The notes below the pieces were generated by a model. That model searched no databases and was not told the origin of the DNA. It saw nothing but the letters and a program-made list of their open reading frames with translations. This document shows positions 28,060 through 43,133 of a stretch of DNA of 64,000 bases, piece by piece; position 1 is the stretch's first letter; each line of letters opens with the position of its first letter. A program made the translations under genes and the position numbers. Source of the stretch: Eledone cirrhosa (lineage: Eukaryota); contig OZ024746.1 in assembly GCA_964016885.1 (NCBI GenBank), positions 29,512,001 through 29,576,000 of the forward strand, read 5' to 3'.

Positions 28060-29000
28060 ACAGTGGCACACTATGGAACTGGGGAGCTACAGTGACACAA
28101 TATGGAAATATGGGGCTAGGGTGACCCCCTATTGCAATGGGGGAGATAGTGTGGGAAAATATGGCACTTTGAAGTAAAGTCACTGCGGAGCTACGGTGGC
28201 ACACTACGGGACTGGAGAGTTTCAGTGACACAGTATAGAAATGTGGAGCTAAGGTGACTCCCTATGGAAACAGGGAGATAGGGTGGAAAAATACGGCACT
28301 TCGGAGCTAGTGTGCCCCGCACTATGGCACTGCGGGGCCACGATGGGACACTATGGAACGGTGGTGCTTGAGTGACACAGTACGGAAACATGAAACTAGG
28401 GTGCCCCCCCCCCCACACACTTGTCAATGGGAAGATAGGGTGGAAAAACACGTCACTTCGAAGCTAGTGTGCCGCCGCACTATCGCACTGCGGAGCAGGA
28501 CGGCACACCATTGTACTGGGGAGCTTCAGTGACAAAGTACGGAAATATGAAGCTAGGGTGACACGCCTCTCCCATGGCAATGGGGAGGTAGTGTGGGAAA
28601 ATATGGCACTTTGAAGTAAGGGTGCTGCACTATGGCACTACGAAGCTTGGGTGGCACTCTATGGAACTGGGGAGCTTCAGTGACACAGTATGGACATGTG
28701 GAGCTAGGGTGACCCTCATATGGCTATGGGGAAATAGGGTGGCAAAATACGGCACTTCGAAACTAGGGTGCCGCTCTATGGCACTGCCGAACTAGGGTGC
28801 TACACTATGGAACTGGGGAGCTTCAGTGACACATTATGGAAATATGGGGCTAGGGTGACCCCTCCCTATGGCAATGGGGAGATAGGGTGGCACACTATGG
28901 AACTGGGGAGCTTCAGTGACACAGTATGAAAATACAGAGCTATGGTGACCCTCATATGGCAATGGGGAGATAGGGTGACAAAATATAGCACTTTGAAGTT
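28060..29000. repeat. GC-rich compound minisatellite (~29-bp subunits in 90-160-bp higher-order units)
   Basis: Recurring GGCACACTATGGAACTGGGGAGCTTCAGTGACACAGTATGGAAATATGG..CTAGGGTGACCC. Confidence 0.85.
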
Positions 29001-30170
29001 AGTATATATATATAATTAGAATATCGGACGGTGTTGAGAGAAGTGAATCTTGTAGAAGGGTTATAACATCTTAATATAGTCAGGTCATACTACACCTATT
29101 TTGAAACTTGTTTTCATGTTCAGCCTCTCTCCGGGTATGATGCTTGCTGTATGGTTACATCTACTCAAGACTCAGATAATATACTGGTTATTCAGGTGGA
29201 ACGACTGTCCCCTATTTTTCAGAGCCCCTGAGATTGGATAGAAGAGGGGAAGAAATGTATCCTTAAATCGAAGACCTGCTATATATTATGTCTATAGAAT
29301 GAACTCGGTATATGACTCAAATCAGCCAGTTGGTGAGGATTGTGTTGTTAAACCGGGCAACTGCTGAAGTCAGACACCTAAAGTAAGCCATATGTATACT
29401 ATTTCATAGCATAGTTAAATGGTTAAGAAGCTCACTTTGCAATCATTGTGTCCTGGGTTCGATCCCTTGTGAGGCATCATGGGTGTGTGTTATTTACCCT
29501 TGCTTCGGTCCGACCCATTCCTTGTGAGTGAAAATGGGTAAACAGCAACCGCTTACCATCTGTCGGATGAACAGTATATGTAATTCAAACATTCAGCCAT
29601 GTCACACATTGAATCCCCCTAGGAATAATGTTAAACGAATATGTGTCTCTGGAATACTCAGCTACTGACAGGTTTATTTCATAAGCATGGTACACTGTTG
29701 ACCGAACAGCTGGAACATTCATCGCCGAAACCCATGGAAGTAGACTCTACTGATAGGTATGGATCTAACGTGTTGGTACTGCTTGTCAATGGAGATGCAA
29801 GAGATACCTGAATATAAATAGACCAATGATGTGTTAAAATAATTATCATAATATTTATTTCTGATAGGAAGAACTTGAGAACTTCACCAAACACGGAGCA
29901 TTTATTTTCTATACGGAACTCTTGTGACAATCTCACGCAGATAAAGAATTATCGACAAATATTCGAAGCTAACATGATATTGAATTCAGATTCGATGTAC
30001 AGACAAATATTACCCCAAATTATATGAATATTTTATAGATTAATATCAATTTTTAATTAAAATATAAATGTCATTTTCATATACATAATCTGTATATATG
30101 AACAGACACGCACACACACGCATATAAATATATGTGTGTGAGTGTGTGTGTATGTATGTGTGTGTGCGTG

Positions 30171-30212
<42 letters not shown>

Positions 30213-30479
30213 TATATATGTATGTATATATATAAATATATACATACATATATATAAATATATACATTTACTACGAACTGAAGGAATAAAAATATTCTTA
30301 ATCGAAAACATAAATTTCCAATTAGGCGTATTATGTTGTGTGTGTGTCATTATGTGTTTGAGTGTGTACAGAATTGCTAAAGAAAGAATGCCTGGTGGTG
30401 TTTATTCCACCTCTCTACCCTCCGAGTCCAATATTTGTCTATCATATGGAGATCCATAAAATGTACCAATCTATTACTA

Positions 30480-30613
30480 CTAACTCTCTCGTCCCTTCTC
30501 TCGCGCGCTCTCTTTCTCCCACCTCTCTCTGTCACTCTCCCTTCCCCTCTCTTTCTACCTCACACTCTCTCTCTGCTACTCACTCTCTCCCACTCCTTCA
30601 CTCTTTCTATGCC

Positions 30614-30662
<49 letters not shown>

Positions 30663-30767
30663 TACTACTCACTCTTTCCCACTCCTTCACTCTTTCTCTG
30701 CCACCCATTCTCCGCCCCCCCTCTCTCTCTGCTACTCACTCTTTCCCACTCCTTCACTCTTTCTCTG

Positions 30768-30800
<33 letters not shown>

Positions 30801-30842
30801 GCTACTCACTCTTTCCCACTCCTTCACTCTTTCTCTGCCACC

Positions 30843-30876
<34 letters not shown>

Positions 30877-31020
30877 TACTCACTCTTTCCCACTCCTTCA
30901 CTCTTTCTCTGCCACCCACTCTCTCTCTGCTACTCACTCTCTCCCACTCCTTCACTCTCTCCCACTCCTTCACTCTTTCTCTCTGTCTCACTCTCTATCT
31001 CTATCGCCCACTCTCTCTCC
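30480..31020. repeat. CT-rich minisatellite interleaved with (CT)n
   Basis: Repeated CTGCTACTCACTCTTTCCCACTCCTTCACTCTTTCTCTGCCACCCA. Confidence 0.9.
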
Positions 31021-31219
31021 CTATCAGCATTGCCCAATTGTTTCCAGTTAATTCGTGGTCTGAGTATTGTTGTGGCTACACGTGTTTGTTGAATACACAG
31101 CCAGCTACCGCTTATTTCATAAGCAAGAATAAGACCCACGAAGATTCCACCACAACCACCATCACCACCACACCCAACACCACCATCACTACCACCTACC
31201 TCACCATCATCATCACAAC

Positions 31220-31263
<44 letters not shown>

Positions 31264-32936
31264 GCTAGAGCCATATCTGGCTATATTTGTTCAATATGCT
31301 ATTGTATATTTGGCAAGAAAATCAATATTTTATCAATATATTCAATACATTTATACGGAATTATGTATTCCGATGTTTTTAAATAAATTATTTCTCAACA
31401 AAGACATAACTAGTCATCAATGTTGTTTGTAGATAAGTATGACCAATGTTAACATCATATATTTTTATATCCCAATTTTTCATTTGTCGTCTGAGACAAT
31501 TGATTCCTCTCATTCGCAATATCTTTATATTTCAGTAATATGTCTAAGACCTGTCAGCTCTGGTGAAGATTATTCAGGTTGTACGAGCAACGGAACAACG
31601 TGGTCGTGAAATTAACTTGCAAGTGTCTGAGCATACTACAAACACAAATACATTTAATGTGTGAAAAGGCCGGCACTTTGAATTTCAGCTACAGACACAA
31701 AAAAAAAAACCACAATGCACATCTCGATACGAGAATCGAACTCACAACCAGACGTTGGGGACCCTAACACCATAACATCCAGCCACCTTTCCATTGGGAA
31801 TTTCTTCACAGACACACAAACACACACTACACTTACGTATATCGTTGCTTTCCGTACGAAGCGTCGCAAACTTACTAACAAAAGCTTAAGTCAAACCCAA
31901 ATATCGTAATGTGTGGACAGATACAGTGCTGAAGGCAATTGGATTAACAGCTTCTGGGATACATTTCTGGCTATATATGACTGTTATGGGGCAGGGATTA
32001 ATGTGTCATCAAACCAGAAAAATGGTCCGAATATTTGCAATAAATTGAACTCAGTTAAAAGCACCCACCGTTCAGGTGGCGGTGTTAAACAAGGCAATGG
32101 ATTAAGGCTACCACCCATAAAAGCCATTAAGGGCTTTGAACACAATGCAGAAGAGCCCGAACAAATAACATAAAGTGTCTTATCTGATGCTCTAAAATGT
32201 CCACCAATCCACTGCCATCTACTAGATAAAAAGCAAAGTTCACCTTAGCAGTATTTGAACTTACAGAGTAGAATGACGAAAGAAATACCGGATATTTATC
32301 CTACTCTTTATATGTTTGCCAATTTGCGGCATGTTGCCGTATCGAATGGCCCGTAAAGAGACTCTCACCCTCGTTTGTAATTTCCTGTGTTTCTCTTCGT
32401 TAAGTGAACAATGTTTAAGTTCTTTAAATCTTTTACTTTTCTCAACCTTGCTACTCGCGAACGCGTAAAGTGGAAACTCCGATATAGTGAAGAGATTAAG
32501 AGATAATCTGGAGATACATTACAACGTCAAGTAAATGGTTTCAAACCTAAGGAATGTCTCGTTAATTGAATATTTCCATTTAGTATCGTCTTAATATTTG
32601 CCACTTAAGTCAATCAACTAAGACAAATAAAATTCGACATGGTAAGCGGATTAAAGTGGAATGACACAATATGTTAAGTATACATTTGTTAGCTACACGG
32701 ATGTATCGATTTAACATTCGTTATATTTTGTTTTAAATATTACTGCTATTATCATTATTATTGTTGTTAGCCCATGTTAACATTCCATTTTGAATATAAC
32801 AAATATTTACGAAATGACATTCTTAAATGAAATATCAATTTTGATATATATATATTTTATATAAAATAAACATATACATGTGTGTGTTCCCCTCTCTATT
32901 GTTCGGTGTTTCTTTCTCTCTTTCTGTCTCTATATG

Positions 32937-32989
<53 letters not shown>

Positions 32990-33001
32990 ATGTGTGTGTG
33001 G

Positions 33002-33234
33002 ATTTGAAATAGGAATAAAAGATTTGCCGTAATATTTTGACTACATAATATAGTCTAATAACGGGGCTTATAAACCCACTGAAAGGGAAATAATGGGTAG
33101 CAGCACACATGGATACCAGCTCCCATGTGTGCCGATACCCACCGTCTTTCCGTTCAGTGGGTTTATAAGCCCCATTATTAAACTATATTAAGTAGTCAAA
33201 ATATTAGGGTGAAGCTTCTATTTCAATTCCAAAC
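33002..33234. repeat. Imperfect ~230-bp hairpin element between microsatellites
   Basis: TAATATTTTGACTAC.TAATATAGT.TAATAA.GGGGCTTATAAACCCACTGAA mirrored at 33152-33206; inner GCACACATGG/CCATGTGTGC stem. Confidence 0.85.
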
Positions 33235-33261
33235 TTAACTCGCCGCGTTCTAAACATACTT

Positions 33262-33382
<121 letters not shown>

Positions 33383-33416
33383 GTGTGTGTCTGTGTGTGT
33401 GTGTATATGTTTATAA

Positions 33417-33535
<119 letters not shown>

Positions 33536-33652
33536 TATATATGTGTGTGTGTATGCATGTATATAATGTACGAAGCAGAGTTTTCGGGATTTGAAGCGCT
33601 GAGAATATATGTGCATATATAAATATAAAGAGCAGAAATGCTATAGAGATAG

Positions 33653-33876
33653 TTTATAACATAGGGTGAACACCCTTAAAAGGTGGAAAAAGAAGTTACC
33701 ATTGGCTACTATGAGCATTTGAACTCCATATCTTCCAGATACCGGCTAGACGCTTTATAACATAGGGTGAACACCCTTAAAAGGTGGAAAAAGAAGTTAC
33801 CATTGGCTACTATGAGGATTTGAACTCCATATCTTCCAGATACTGGCTAGACGCTTTAAACTTTAAGCTAAAGAGC
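33653..33876 (-). mobile_element. tRNA-like (pseudo-tRNA or SINE head) sequence ending in CCA, inside a 101-bp tandem duplication
   Basis: Minus strand GCTCTTTAGCTTAAAGTTTAAAGCG-TCTAG-CCAGTAT-CTGGA-AGATATGGAGTTCAAATCCTCAT-AGTAGC-CA; 33653-33753 duplicated at 33754-33854. Confidence 0.55.
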
Positions 33877-34464
33877 TATGGTAACAACAGTTGTTAGCAG
33901 GCAGGCAGAGAGACAGACCTTCTTCTTCTTCTTCTTCTTCTTCTTCTTCTTCTTCTTGAAAGTGTGCTGGGGTCAGAGTCCACAGATATTCCTTCTAGTG
34001 GGTCTTGCCAGAAGCAACTCTACCGAGTAACGTTACTCCAGAGACCCTTCGGAGGAACGATCTTATTCTTTCGGTTATAACGTGTGGTGTCCTTATTGGA
34101 ATCAGTAAAGTGAACAGAAAGGACAATATACGACAGGCTAGATCCCAAACAATCGTCATAACTATAATTGTGTGAACGTGTGTAACCTCTAAATATTATT
34201 CGATTGGCCTTTATATAACTTCGTTATTTCATTGACGCAAACGAGGGTGTAATCAGTATGAGAGGAATGGTACAGAGTTTGGCAAAGTTCAACACCCTAC
34301 TCTGCATACAATTATTGAATGATGATTCAGTTCATCTGTGAATATTTGAAGTACACACGTATATCTAACACTTACTTTAATATGCACATACACACACACG
34401 CACACACACAAATGTACATCTTTGTGCGAGTGTATAGTGAGGAAGAAATATATAGAAAGGTATG

Positions 34465-34583
<119 letters not shown>

Positions 34584-34723
34584 CATATATAGTAATAATA
34601 AATGCATATATTTGTATGTATGTAAACAGCAACAACAGCTCAATCGGTACATTATATGGAAATTGACTTAAAACCAGCGATCTTCGTTAATTTTATAATA
34701 TATATATAAATAAATAAATATTC

Positions 34724-34762
34724 TTTCTTCTGATGGAGGATTAGCGTCCGAAATGTTAAGAC
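34724..34762 (+). ncRNA. Degenerate minimal type-I hammerhead
   Basis: TCTT-CTGATGG-A-GGAT-TAGC-GTCC-GAAA-TG-TT-AAGA (A9 altered to G); homologous remnant on the minus strand at 2033-2057. Confidence 0.5.
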
Positions 34763-34842
34763 CCTCGTCTTGCTATATCAAGCGTTAACCTAATATATAC
34801 CTTACATATACTGTACCGATTGTGTTGTTATATCTGTTTATC

Positions 34843-34882
<40 letters not shown>

Positions 34883-34887
34883 CTATA

Positions 34888-34954
<67 letters not shown>

Positions 34955-34958
34955 CATA

Positions 34959-35235
34959 GATAACAATCACATTTTGTTCAAGGCATTTAATTGTTAACGA
35001 TCGTTTCTACCAGACATAAGTCTTGTTCATCGGAGCATATACAATGTTAAAACAAATAAATTCCTAATCAATAGAACATTCTTTAAGATACGTTATATGT
35101 GAGAAGACTAATTATAATTGTCAGTGTCAGTTACAATATATTAAAGAGTAAGAGCAAAAGAACATTATAATGAAAAATGTCTGGAAGAAACGATCGTTAG
35201 CAATTAAATGACTTAAACAAAATTTGATTGTTATC
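34959..35235. repeat. Inverted repeat (59-bp arms) with degenerate hammerhead
   Basis: 34959-35017 vs 35177-35235; minus 34992-35037 reads TGCT-CCGATGA-ACAAGACTTATGTCTGGTA-GAAA-CGATCG-TT-AACA. Confidence 0.7.
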
Positions 35236-35377
35236 AATGTTGTATTTGTGCTCTGTAGTATAGGTGATATTTTACATTGAGCTAATCATCTTACTGGTAA
35301 TCGGGTAATACACAATATTACCTTTATCTTATTTATAATTATATATATAAGTATAAATATTATACTCGTATATATAT

Positions 35378-35648
<271 letters not shown>

Positions 35649-35942
35649 TTCCCACTCTACTACCCTAAGTATTGAGTACTTTGGTGCGTTATGGTCCACT
35701 TGGTTCCTTACCACATTTCCTTCGTTATATATATATATAGACTGAGCTAAACCTGTTTGGGAAATAATACTTTGAACATGTTTTGACAAGTTTTGATAAG
35801 TTGTAATTAATCTTTAAGATAGTTTGAGTAATGAGGGAGAACATGTTCTCTATTTTTATAATCCGTCACATTTGACGACTACCATGACAGCCTATATTCA
35901 AACATACGTAAATACATACATGCATACCTGTATTTATACTTG

Positions 35943-35976
<34 letters not shown>

Positions 35977-36166
35977 TGTGTATATAGTGTATTTTGCAAT
36001 ACATAGTCTCACTTACTTTAAATTTTCAGCAAACAAGGGAGATAAAGCTGACAGAGCTCTGTTTCGTACTTTTTCTTTCTTTTTCGTGCCTTTAATTAAG
36101 CATACAGTGTATTGTAAAATACACTATATATACATTCATATATATATCGCTATTTCAGAGCACCAA

Positions 36167-36248
<82 letters not shown>

Positions 36249-36598
36249 ATATATTTATATCATTCCCACATATAGACATGCTTGGATGATAAACACACGC
36301 CACAGGCACAGGCACACATCCACAAACATGGACACATACATAGTTTCATACGTAGGTTGTTATTGATGACATTATGTAACGAATCCTTCATCTCAGTGAA
36401 CAAACCATTCAGTGGTATTGAGGCACTATCTGAATATAAAACGATATGTAATATATATTGTGAATAGCTTCGTCCGGATAAATACCGTATCTTTTACCCA
36501 AAACACTACAATACGTCACACTGAATAAACCACTTCTCACCAACCTACAGGAAATCATAATTACTTTCAGTGGTGCGCATCTGCTTGCACAAATATTA

Positions 36599-36666
<68 letters not shown>

Positions 36667-36721
36667 CATACATACAGCACGCACGCACACAGGCACATGT
36701 ATATTTAACATATATATAGAA

Positions 36722-36818
<97 letters not shown>

Positions 36819-37134
36819 CATGCATTAACACATATGCATACACTATATGATATATAGATATATCGTGTTCGGTTGTGTGGATATGGAAAACGGAAGAGAC
36901 AATCTACCCCTCACCATTTACCTTTAGAAGTTTGAAAGAATTAATCTTGAAATGGTTTAGCCTGCAGAAATATGCCATGTTTTATTTCACTGACATATTG
37001 ACTATCATATTGTGGAATATCGATTACACACACACCTATATATGCAGGTTTCTGTGTTTATCATAGATAAATATATCGTTTTCCCTTCATATATGTATAT
37101 ATATATTTACACAGACACATGCATATATATGTAC

Positions 37135-37212
<78 letters not shown>

Positions 37213-38229
37213 TATATATACATGCAGACATAAACCCCGCCCTATATGCGCGCATGTGTGTATATGTGTGTATATGTGACTATTTGTATATCCATATATA
37301 CATAATGTTAAAAAAGTATATGGAAATTATATTTATTAGTTCTATATGAGAAAAGTAAGCTGTCGATTGAAAGTTGAATTTTAGTTTTCATTCTACTTAA
37401 GATAACAGAAATAAAATCTAACAACAAAAAGACATTATGATATGAAATATATAAAAAATCTCAAGATTCTTGAGATTTGTGACTGAATTTATGAAAAGAA
37501 TTGAAATAAATTGATTGTGAGAGGTATAAAATCTTACATAATTCTATTAACTTAAACTATATGAAATATTATATCTATAGCAGTTTCTACTTGTTTAAAG
37601 GTGGGTGGGGATAAAAACCGAATCTACCTGCGTCAATTTCGACGATGAATGTTGCAGTTTTTCGATCAATGGAAAAGATAGCTCACGAATTTACATATAT
37701 GTGGCTCGGAATTCCACAGACACACGTACCAGTAACTTAATTCTCAAGGGGATTCAGCCAAATATTGTTTATGAAAAAGCTGGCCGTTTGCATTATAGTT
37801 ACACCCACGTCAAGGTTACATATATCTATGGAACACTCAACCCCATACACATTAATTTATGAGTCAGACGTTGGGATGATCGAACGAACGAATGACCATC
37901 GTCGAAACTGATGGAGGACCCCATGGCTGAGTGGTTTAAGACGTTTCTTTCGTAATAAGATCCTGGGTTGAAATTCACCGAGTAGCATCTTATGAATATT
38001 TCTTTGCTGCGATCCTGAGTTGAATCAACCTATGAAGCTTGTTGGGAATATACCTTTGCCAGAGTATAGAATCAATGAAAATCTTGTGAATGAAATAGAC
38101 TAGACGGATACTACCTGTAACTCAAATGTCCAGCCTTGTGACATATGGTATCACGCCGATTCTGCCAGTGTTTTGTAAAAAGTATACGTGCCTATCGAAT
38201 AAATGTTAATTCACGAATTGGCAATCCAT

Positions 38230-38490
38230 CATTCGATTTTGTGTGAGGCTACTGAGATTTCCTGACTGATGTAATAGAAGTATCAATTCATTTTGTGTGA
38301 TTAGCGATCAACATTCTACTGAGGTTTCCTGTCTGATGTAACAGAAGTATTAATTCATTTTGTGGTGTTAGCGATGAACAATCTACTGAGATTTCCTGAC
38401 TAATATAATAGAAGTAACAATTTATTTTTGTGAGATTAACGATCAACATTTTACTGCGGTTCCCTGTCTGATGTAATAGAGGTATCAATT
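38230..38490. repeat. ~66-bp tandem repeat (about 4 copies)
   Basis: TTTTGTGTGATTAGCGATCAACATTCTACTGAGATTTCCTG.CTGATGTAATAGAAGTATCAATTCA repeated. Confidence 0.85.
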
Positions 38491-39307
38491 TAGGAGTAGT
38501 TTTCCTCATTGAAGATGCATGAGCCAATGAGAAAACACCAACACAAATGAGATTCTTGTGAGAGAGGAAAATAGTTCAATCATAGAATATCTAAGGTGAC
38601 GTGCTCAGTTTGAAATACTTGAGTTATAATGAGGGATTCAGGAGTAGAACTTTCATTTTATACAAATGAGAAGTTCACTCTTAGTAAGACTACTTTAAAC
38701 CAAAGGAATTTCATATTTTCCTATTGAAAATAATGTATAGTCATTGAGTATAACTGTTTGTAATTGTTTACACGTTATTCTCACCGCTATGAGATATCTT
38801 TCGAATGTATAGAGACATGACCTTGTGGTTAGGTTGTTTGGATCATAATAGTAAGGTCATGATCTCGTTTTCCGGTGAGCTTAGTCTGCTGTAAAAATGA
38901 GTTGAATATGTTATTCAATTGTTCGGATTTCTCACAGAATGTGTCGCACTGAATAAGTAAATTTCAATATTAAGATGTCTCGTTGAACACACAGCAGGAA
39001 CTCTCGTCGTTTAAATCGACAAAGGTCCCTCAAAAACCTTCAGGTGTGAACAGAAAATAGTTATCAATGAATCGTATTTTTATCTCGATGTATTGAGCCA
39101 GCGATAAATACATAGTTTTAAGGGTACAGAATATTAACCCTATATCCATCTCTCATCTGACGAGCTCAGACCGGAGAAATGAGTAGGTGGAAAACTACAT
39201 AGTCGTTGACCTCAGCGAGTTATGTATCATGTAGATGAAAATAAACGAGAATACAACTGCATATGGCCTTCGATGTATTTAATACTATATATATATATAC
39301 ATATATA

Positions 39308-39370
<63 letters not shown>

Positions 39371-39940
39371 CTATTTCTCATCCTCTATCTCCACCTCTCT
39401 TTATATATTTATTTCTTTATTTACCTATTCCGTGCTATATTTCCCTTCACTTCTATCATCATTTAGACATGTACATAGATATATAACTTGTACTGCGTTA
39501 AAGTGGTATACATAAAGACAAGAGAAAATGTGTACATGTAAATAATAAGAGCAATTATTTAGCATCATCACCATCAATGATAAATAAGTAGTTAATATCT
39601 ACTTTACAATATCCTAAGAACATAACTATCATACCTTTCAACTTTTTTTTCACTGGGAAAGAAAACTTAAATCTTCAAAATGGAAGCCATTAATAAAACG
39701 TATTATTTTTTTCTTTTATCCTCCATTTTGTATTTTGACATAACCGTGGGCGTGTTTACTTTATAATTCCTTATATACGTATTATCACAATTCTTTTCAC
39801 GATATACATTGGATGAAAAAGAAGTGTATATAGCTACCTATATATATATATATAATATGAGTGTGTAATTTTGCTTCATGTGTTTTGTTTTCTTTCATTT
39901 ATTAACTATATATATATGTATATATAATATAATATATATA

Positions 39941-40011
<71 letters not shown>

Positions 40012-40564
40012 TATATTTCCACAACATTATTTTTAGTGAATTTTTGTTTCATCAAACTCGATCACATATTTGTTGTGTGTAATTATATATCTTAGTCATG
40101 ACATTCATTCACATAAGAGAACAAACAACACATACAAATACATATACATTATAAACATACAAATACATTACAAGCACATCTACAATATTCAGTACAAACA
40201 TACATATATTCATACAATATATGAAATATATACATACAATATGTACACGACATACTTCGACAGAACACACATATGATGTAATAGGAATAATGATAGGGGA
40301 TGTATGTATCTGTGTATGCCTGTATATATTTTGGGAGATGATTTTAAATTCATGCCGATGCGTCTCAATACTTATATATGCATCTTTATGTATGTATATA
40401 GATAGAAGTATAGACAGATGTATTATGCATATATAAATATTACACATAACTATAAAATTATCAATATGTGTACAGAAACACATTTTATATGTATATGTGC
40501 GCCTATTTTTTTGGTGTTGTTTAAATATGTACTCCGATGAGACATTTCGACTCAACAAAATATC

Positions 40565-40612
<48 letters not shown>

Positions 40613-40649
40613 ATATATTTACATATATATATATATATATATATACATT

Positions 40650-40693
<44 letters not shown>

Positions 40694-41223
40694 CAAATGT
40701 ATTAATATTTCATATATATATATATATTTATGTATTAATACATTTGTCTATATATATATATATATATATTTATACATACATACATTCACATACACATAAC
40801 CCAGAAAAAGACGACACATTGCACTCTTCTGATTACATTTCAGAAGATCTCCAAGGCAATTTCCGCAGTAATTACGTGTAATTTATTAACATTCACTTTG
40901 TTTCATAGTGATGATATTTACATTAAAATTATACATCAGACACAATGGAGTCCACAACAAATTCTGTTCACACTACCTGTATATATTTTCAGATATGTTT
41001 ATGGTCTTTTTGGTTTTACTTTTCAAATTTTACACCGGATGAGAAAAAATCGGTTTCTAACCCCAAAACAATTTCTCTCATATTGTGTGTGTACGTACTT
41101 AAGTACGTATGAATTATATATATATATATAGTGGTGGAACACTGGAAGGTAATATCCGTAGTGGTAGAGCACTCAGTCCAAGGGACGAGTTAGATAGAAG
41201 TGGTTACACAACAGTTAGTTCAC

Positions 41224-41271
41224 CATACCGAGAACAATTGTTTCACCTTCGCGGATCTTCAACTCGGGATG
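41224..41271 (-). ncRNA. Hammerhead ribozyme family P, 3' pLTR copy (C3 changed to U)
   Basis: CCGAG-TTGAAGA-TCCGCGAAGGT-GAAA-CAATTG-TT-CTCGG. Confidence 0.7.
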
Positions 41272-41451
41272 TATATGGTTATAGGAACAGGAAGAACAAC
41301 CGTACGAACGCGCATGCGCAGAAACTCGGTCACTTCACACAGGCAATAGTAGACTGCGTGCGGGGGGTGTAAGGGAGATAACTGCGAAAGTCCGGAAAGT
41401 CTTTTGGTTGGAAATAAAATAAAAAAATTTTAAAATAAAATTACAAACAAT

Positions 41452-43133
41452 CAGTCCGGAGCCTTGTAGTTATGTAATAGATGTTTGGTGACGTGTGGAT
41501 AACGTGTGAAAAATGCACTTCTCGTGTTTAGGCAATCACTATTGCGGAATCTCTTTAGGATAGTTATTCGTTCGTCAATACATAAGCCACACGTCGGATT
41601 TCCCCTTGCGTATGGCTTGGACTTAGTGATGGCTTTCCATTGAATGGAGTAGCCTATACTTGAGTCCTATACGTGGCTCGCGAGTTTCGTGGTGAACGTC
41701 TGTCCAGGTATCTGAAGGTAGACTGGTGGTTCAGGAAACGCTCCTTGAATCGGCCCTCCGAAAGCTAACCCTGACCTCCTGTGGTTCGTTTGGTCGGTTG
41801 GAAGTGACCGCAGCTTCATAGATTACAGCTGGTGTGTTGCATTGTTGTTGAAGGGGGCAAGCTTCAGGCTTACGACAAGACCACCCTAGTGGGGTGTTGC
41901 TCCTAGAGCTGCTGGTGATGTGGGCCTTCATGTTCTTAGCGCACGAGTATCCTAGTTTAACTTTGTGTCGGTTAAAGATGGAGCGGTATTTATGACCTAT
42001 GAGGAAGTGTCTAGCTAATAGGGCTAAAAATTTGTTTCCTACATTGATTTTAACGTTGAGTGAGAAGGGAGGAGGTAACCAGATAGTTTGTCTATTGATG
42101 CGCTTACTTTTTTTAATGGTGTTGTTGCTAGAAGGAGAGTAGGTGATAGGTTGTGAGAAGCCGCTGTTAGCCAACGCCGTGTGTAGTAGGGTGCCGCCCT
42201 GTCAAAGATAGCCTTATTAGAGGAGAGGTTTGAGATTCTAGTACTGATATTCTTAACGAAGTTTCTAAAAACAGTGGGAGGGTGGCATGAGTCCTTGTGA
42301 ATGTAATTAAGTTTCTCGTTTAGCTTATGGAAGGGTCTGTGGGTGTGTGTGCGAAGGTCTAAATTAATGTCTAAGAAATCCACGCTAGAGAGGTTGGTGG
42401 CTACTGTTATCCTAAGGCCTAACTCATTGAAGGTAGAAGCTAAGTCTTTTTTAAACCGGTCGAGGTCGTGACCACTTTTATGGCTCGATAAAGTCAGTCC
42501 ATCGTCACGGTATATTCCCGTGTGGAAGTCCGGGAATATAACACGTAATATGTCTAAGATAAAAAGGCCAACCAAGTCACATACGTCAGCACTGTCGAAC
42601 GATCCCATGGAGACGTCGAACAGGTCGGAAGATGTACACTTCTTTGCCCAGGCTACTCCGTCGTTGAAGAGGAGGGTTTTCCGGCAGTGAGCGATGATTT
42701 CCCTGTCTAAACCATCGACGGTGGTATAAGTGGTAGCGAAGTCCAACGCTTTGTTTAACAGGGTCTCTGAGATCGACGGGTAAAATTCGACAATGTGAAA
42801 CTGTGTAAACTTCGCTTTTTGGGGATTTAAAGGAGTTAAACCACTTAATTACGGAGTCGCTGTTCTCCCACTGGGACAGGTTGGACTTGGTCCTAATGGT
42901 CTTAACTATGTTTCTAAGTATGGCCTCACTGACTAGCCCCATATCTGTGCGTGCCGAGTTTATTAGTCTGCATGTGGGGTTAGAAGTAAAGTCTACCTTG
43001 TGATCTTTCAGGGTGAGGAAAGATCACAAGGTAGATCACAAGCTAGAGATTGTAGCTTCTTATCTACCTTAAGGTCGGTGGCGAGTTCCTTGGCTTCTGT
43101 ATTAATGTCGTGGTAGGCCATAGGGTTAGCTTT
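41452..43133 (-). pseudogene. PLE reverse transcriptase + GIY-YIG endonuclease, frameshifted
   Basis: FLTLKDHK..CRLIN, FHIVEFYPSI (motif A, Asp replaced by His), MGSFDSADVCDLVG, YRDDGL, VDFLDI, YIHKDSCHPP, WSCRKPEACPLQQQC, VIYEA, FKERFLNH, CGLCIDE, CLNTRS; several frameshifts and stops. Confidence 0.92.

Noticed and set aside
28060-29000. CRISPR-like repeat/spacer appearance
   Set aside because: Intervening sequences are themselves repeats, there are no cas genes, and the context is eukaryotic
39150-39192. CTGACGAGCTC...GAGAAA hammerhead
   Set aside because: Stems I and III cannot be formed convincingly
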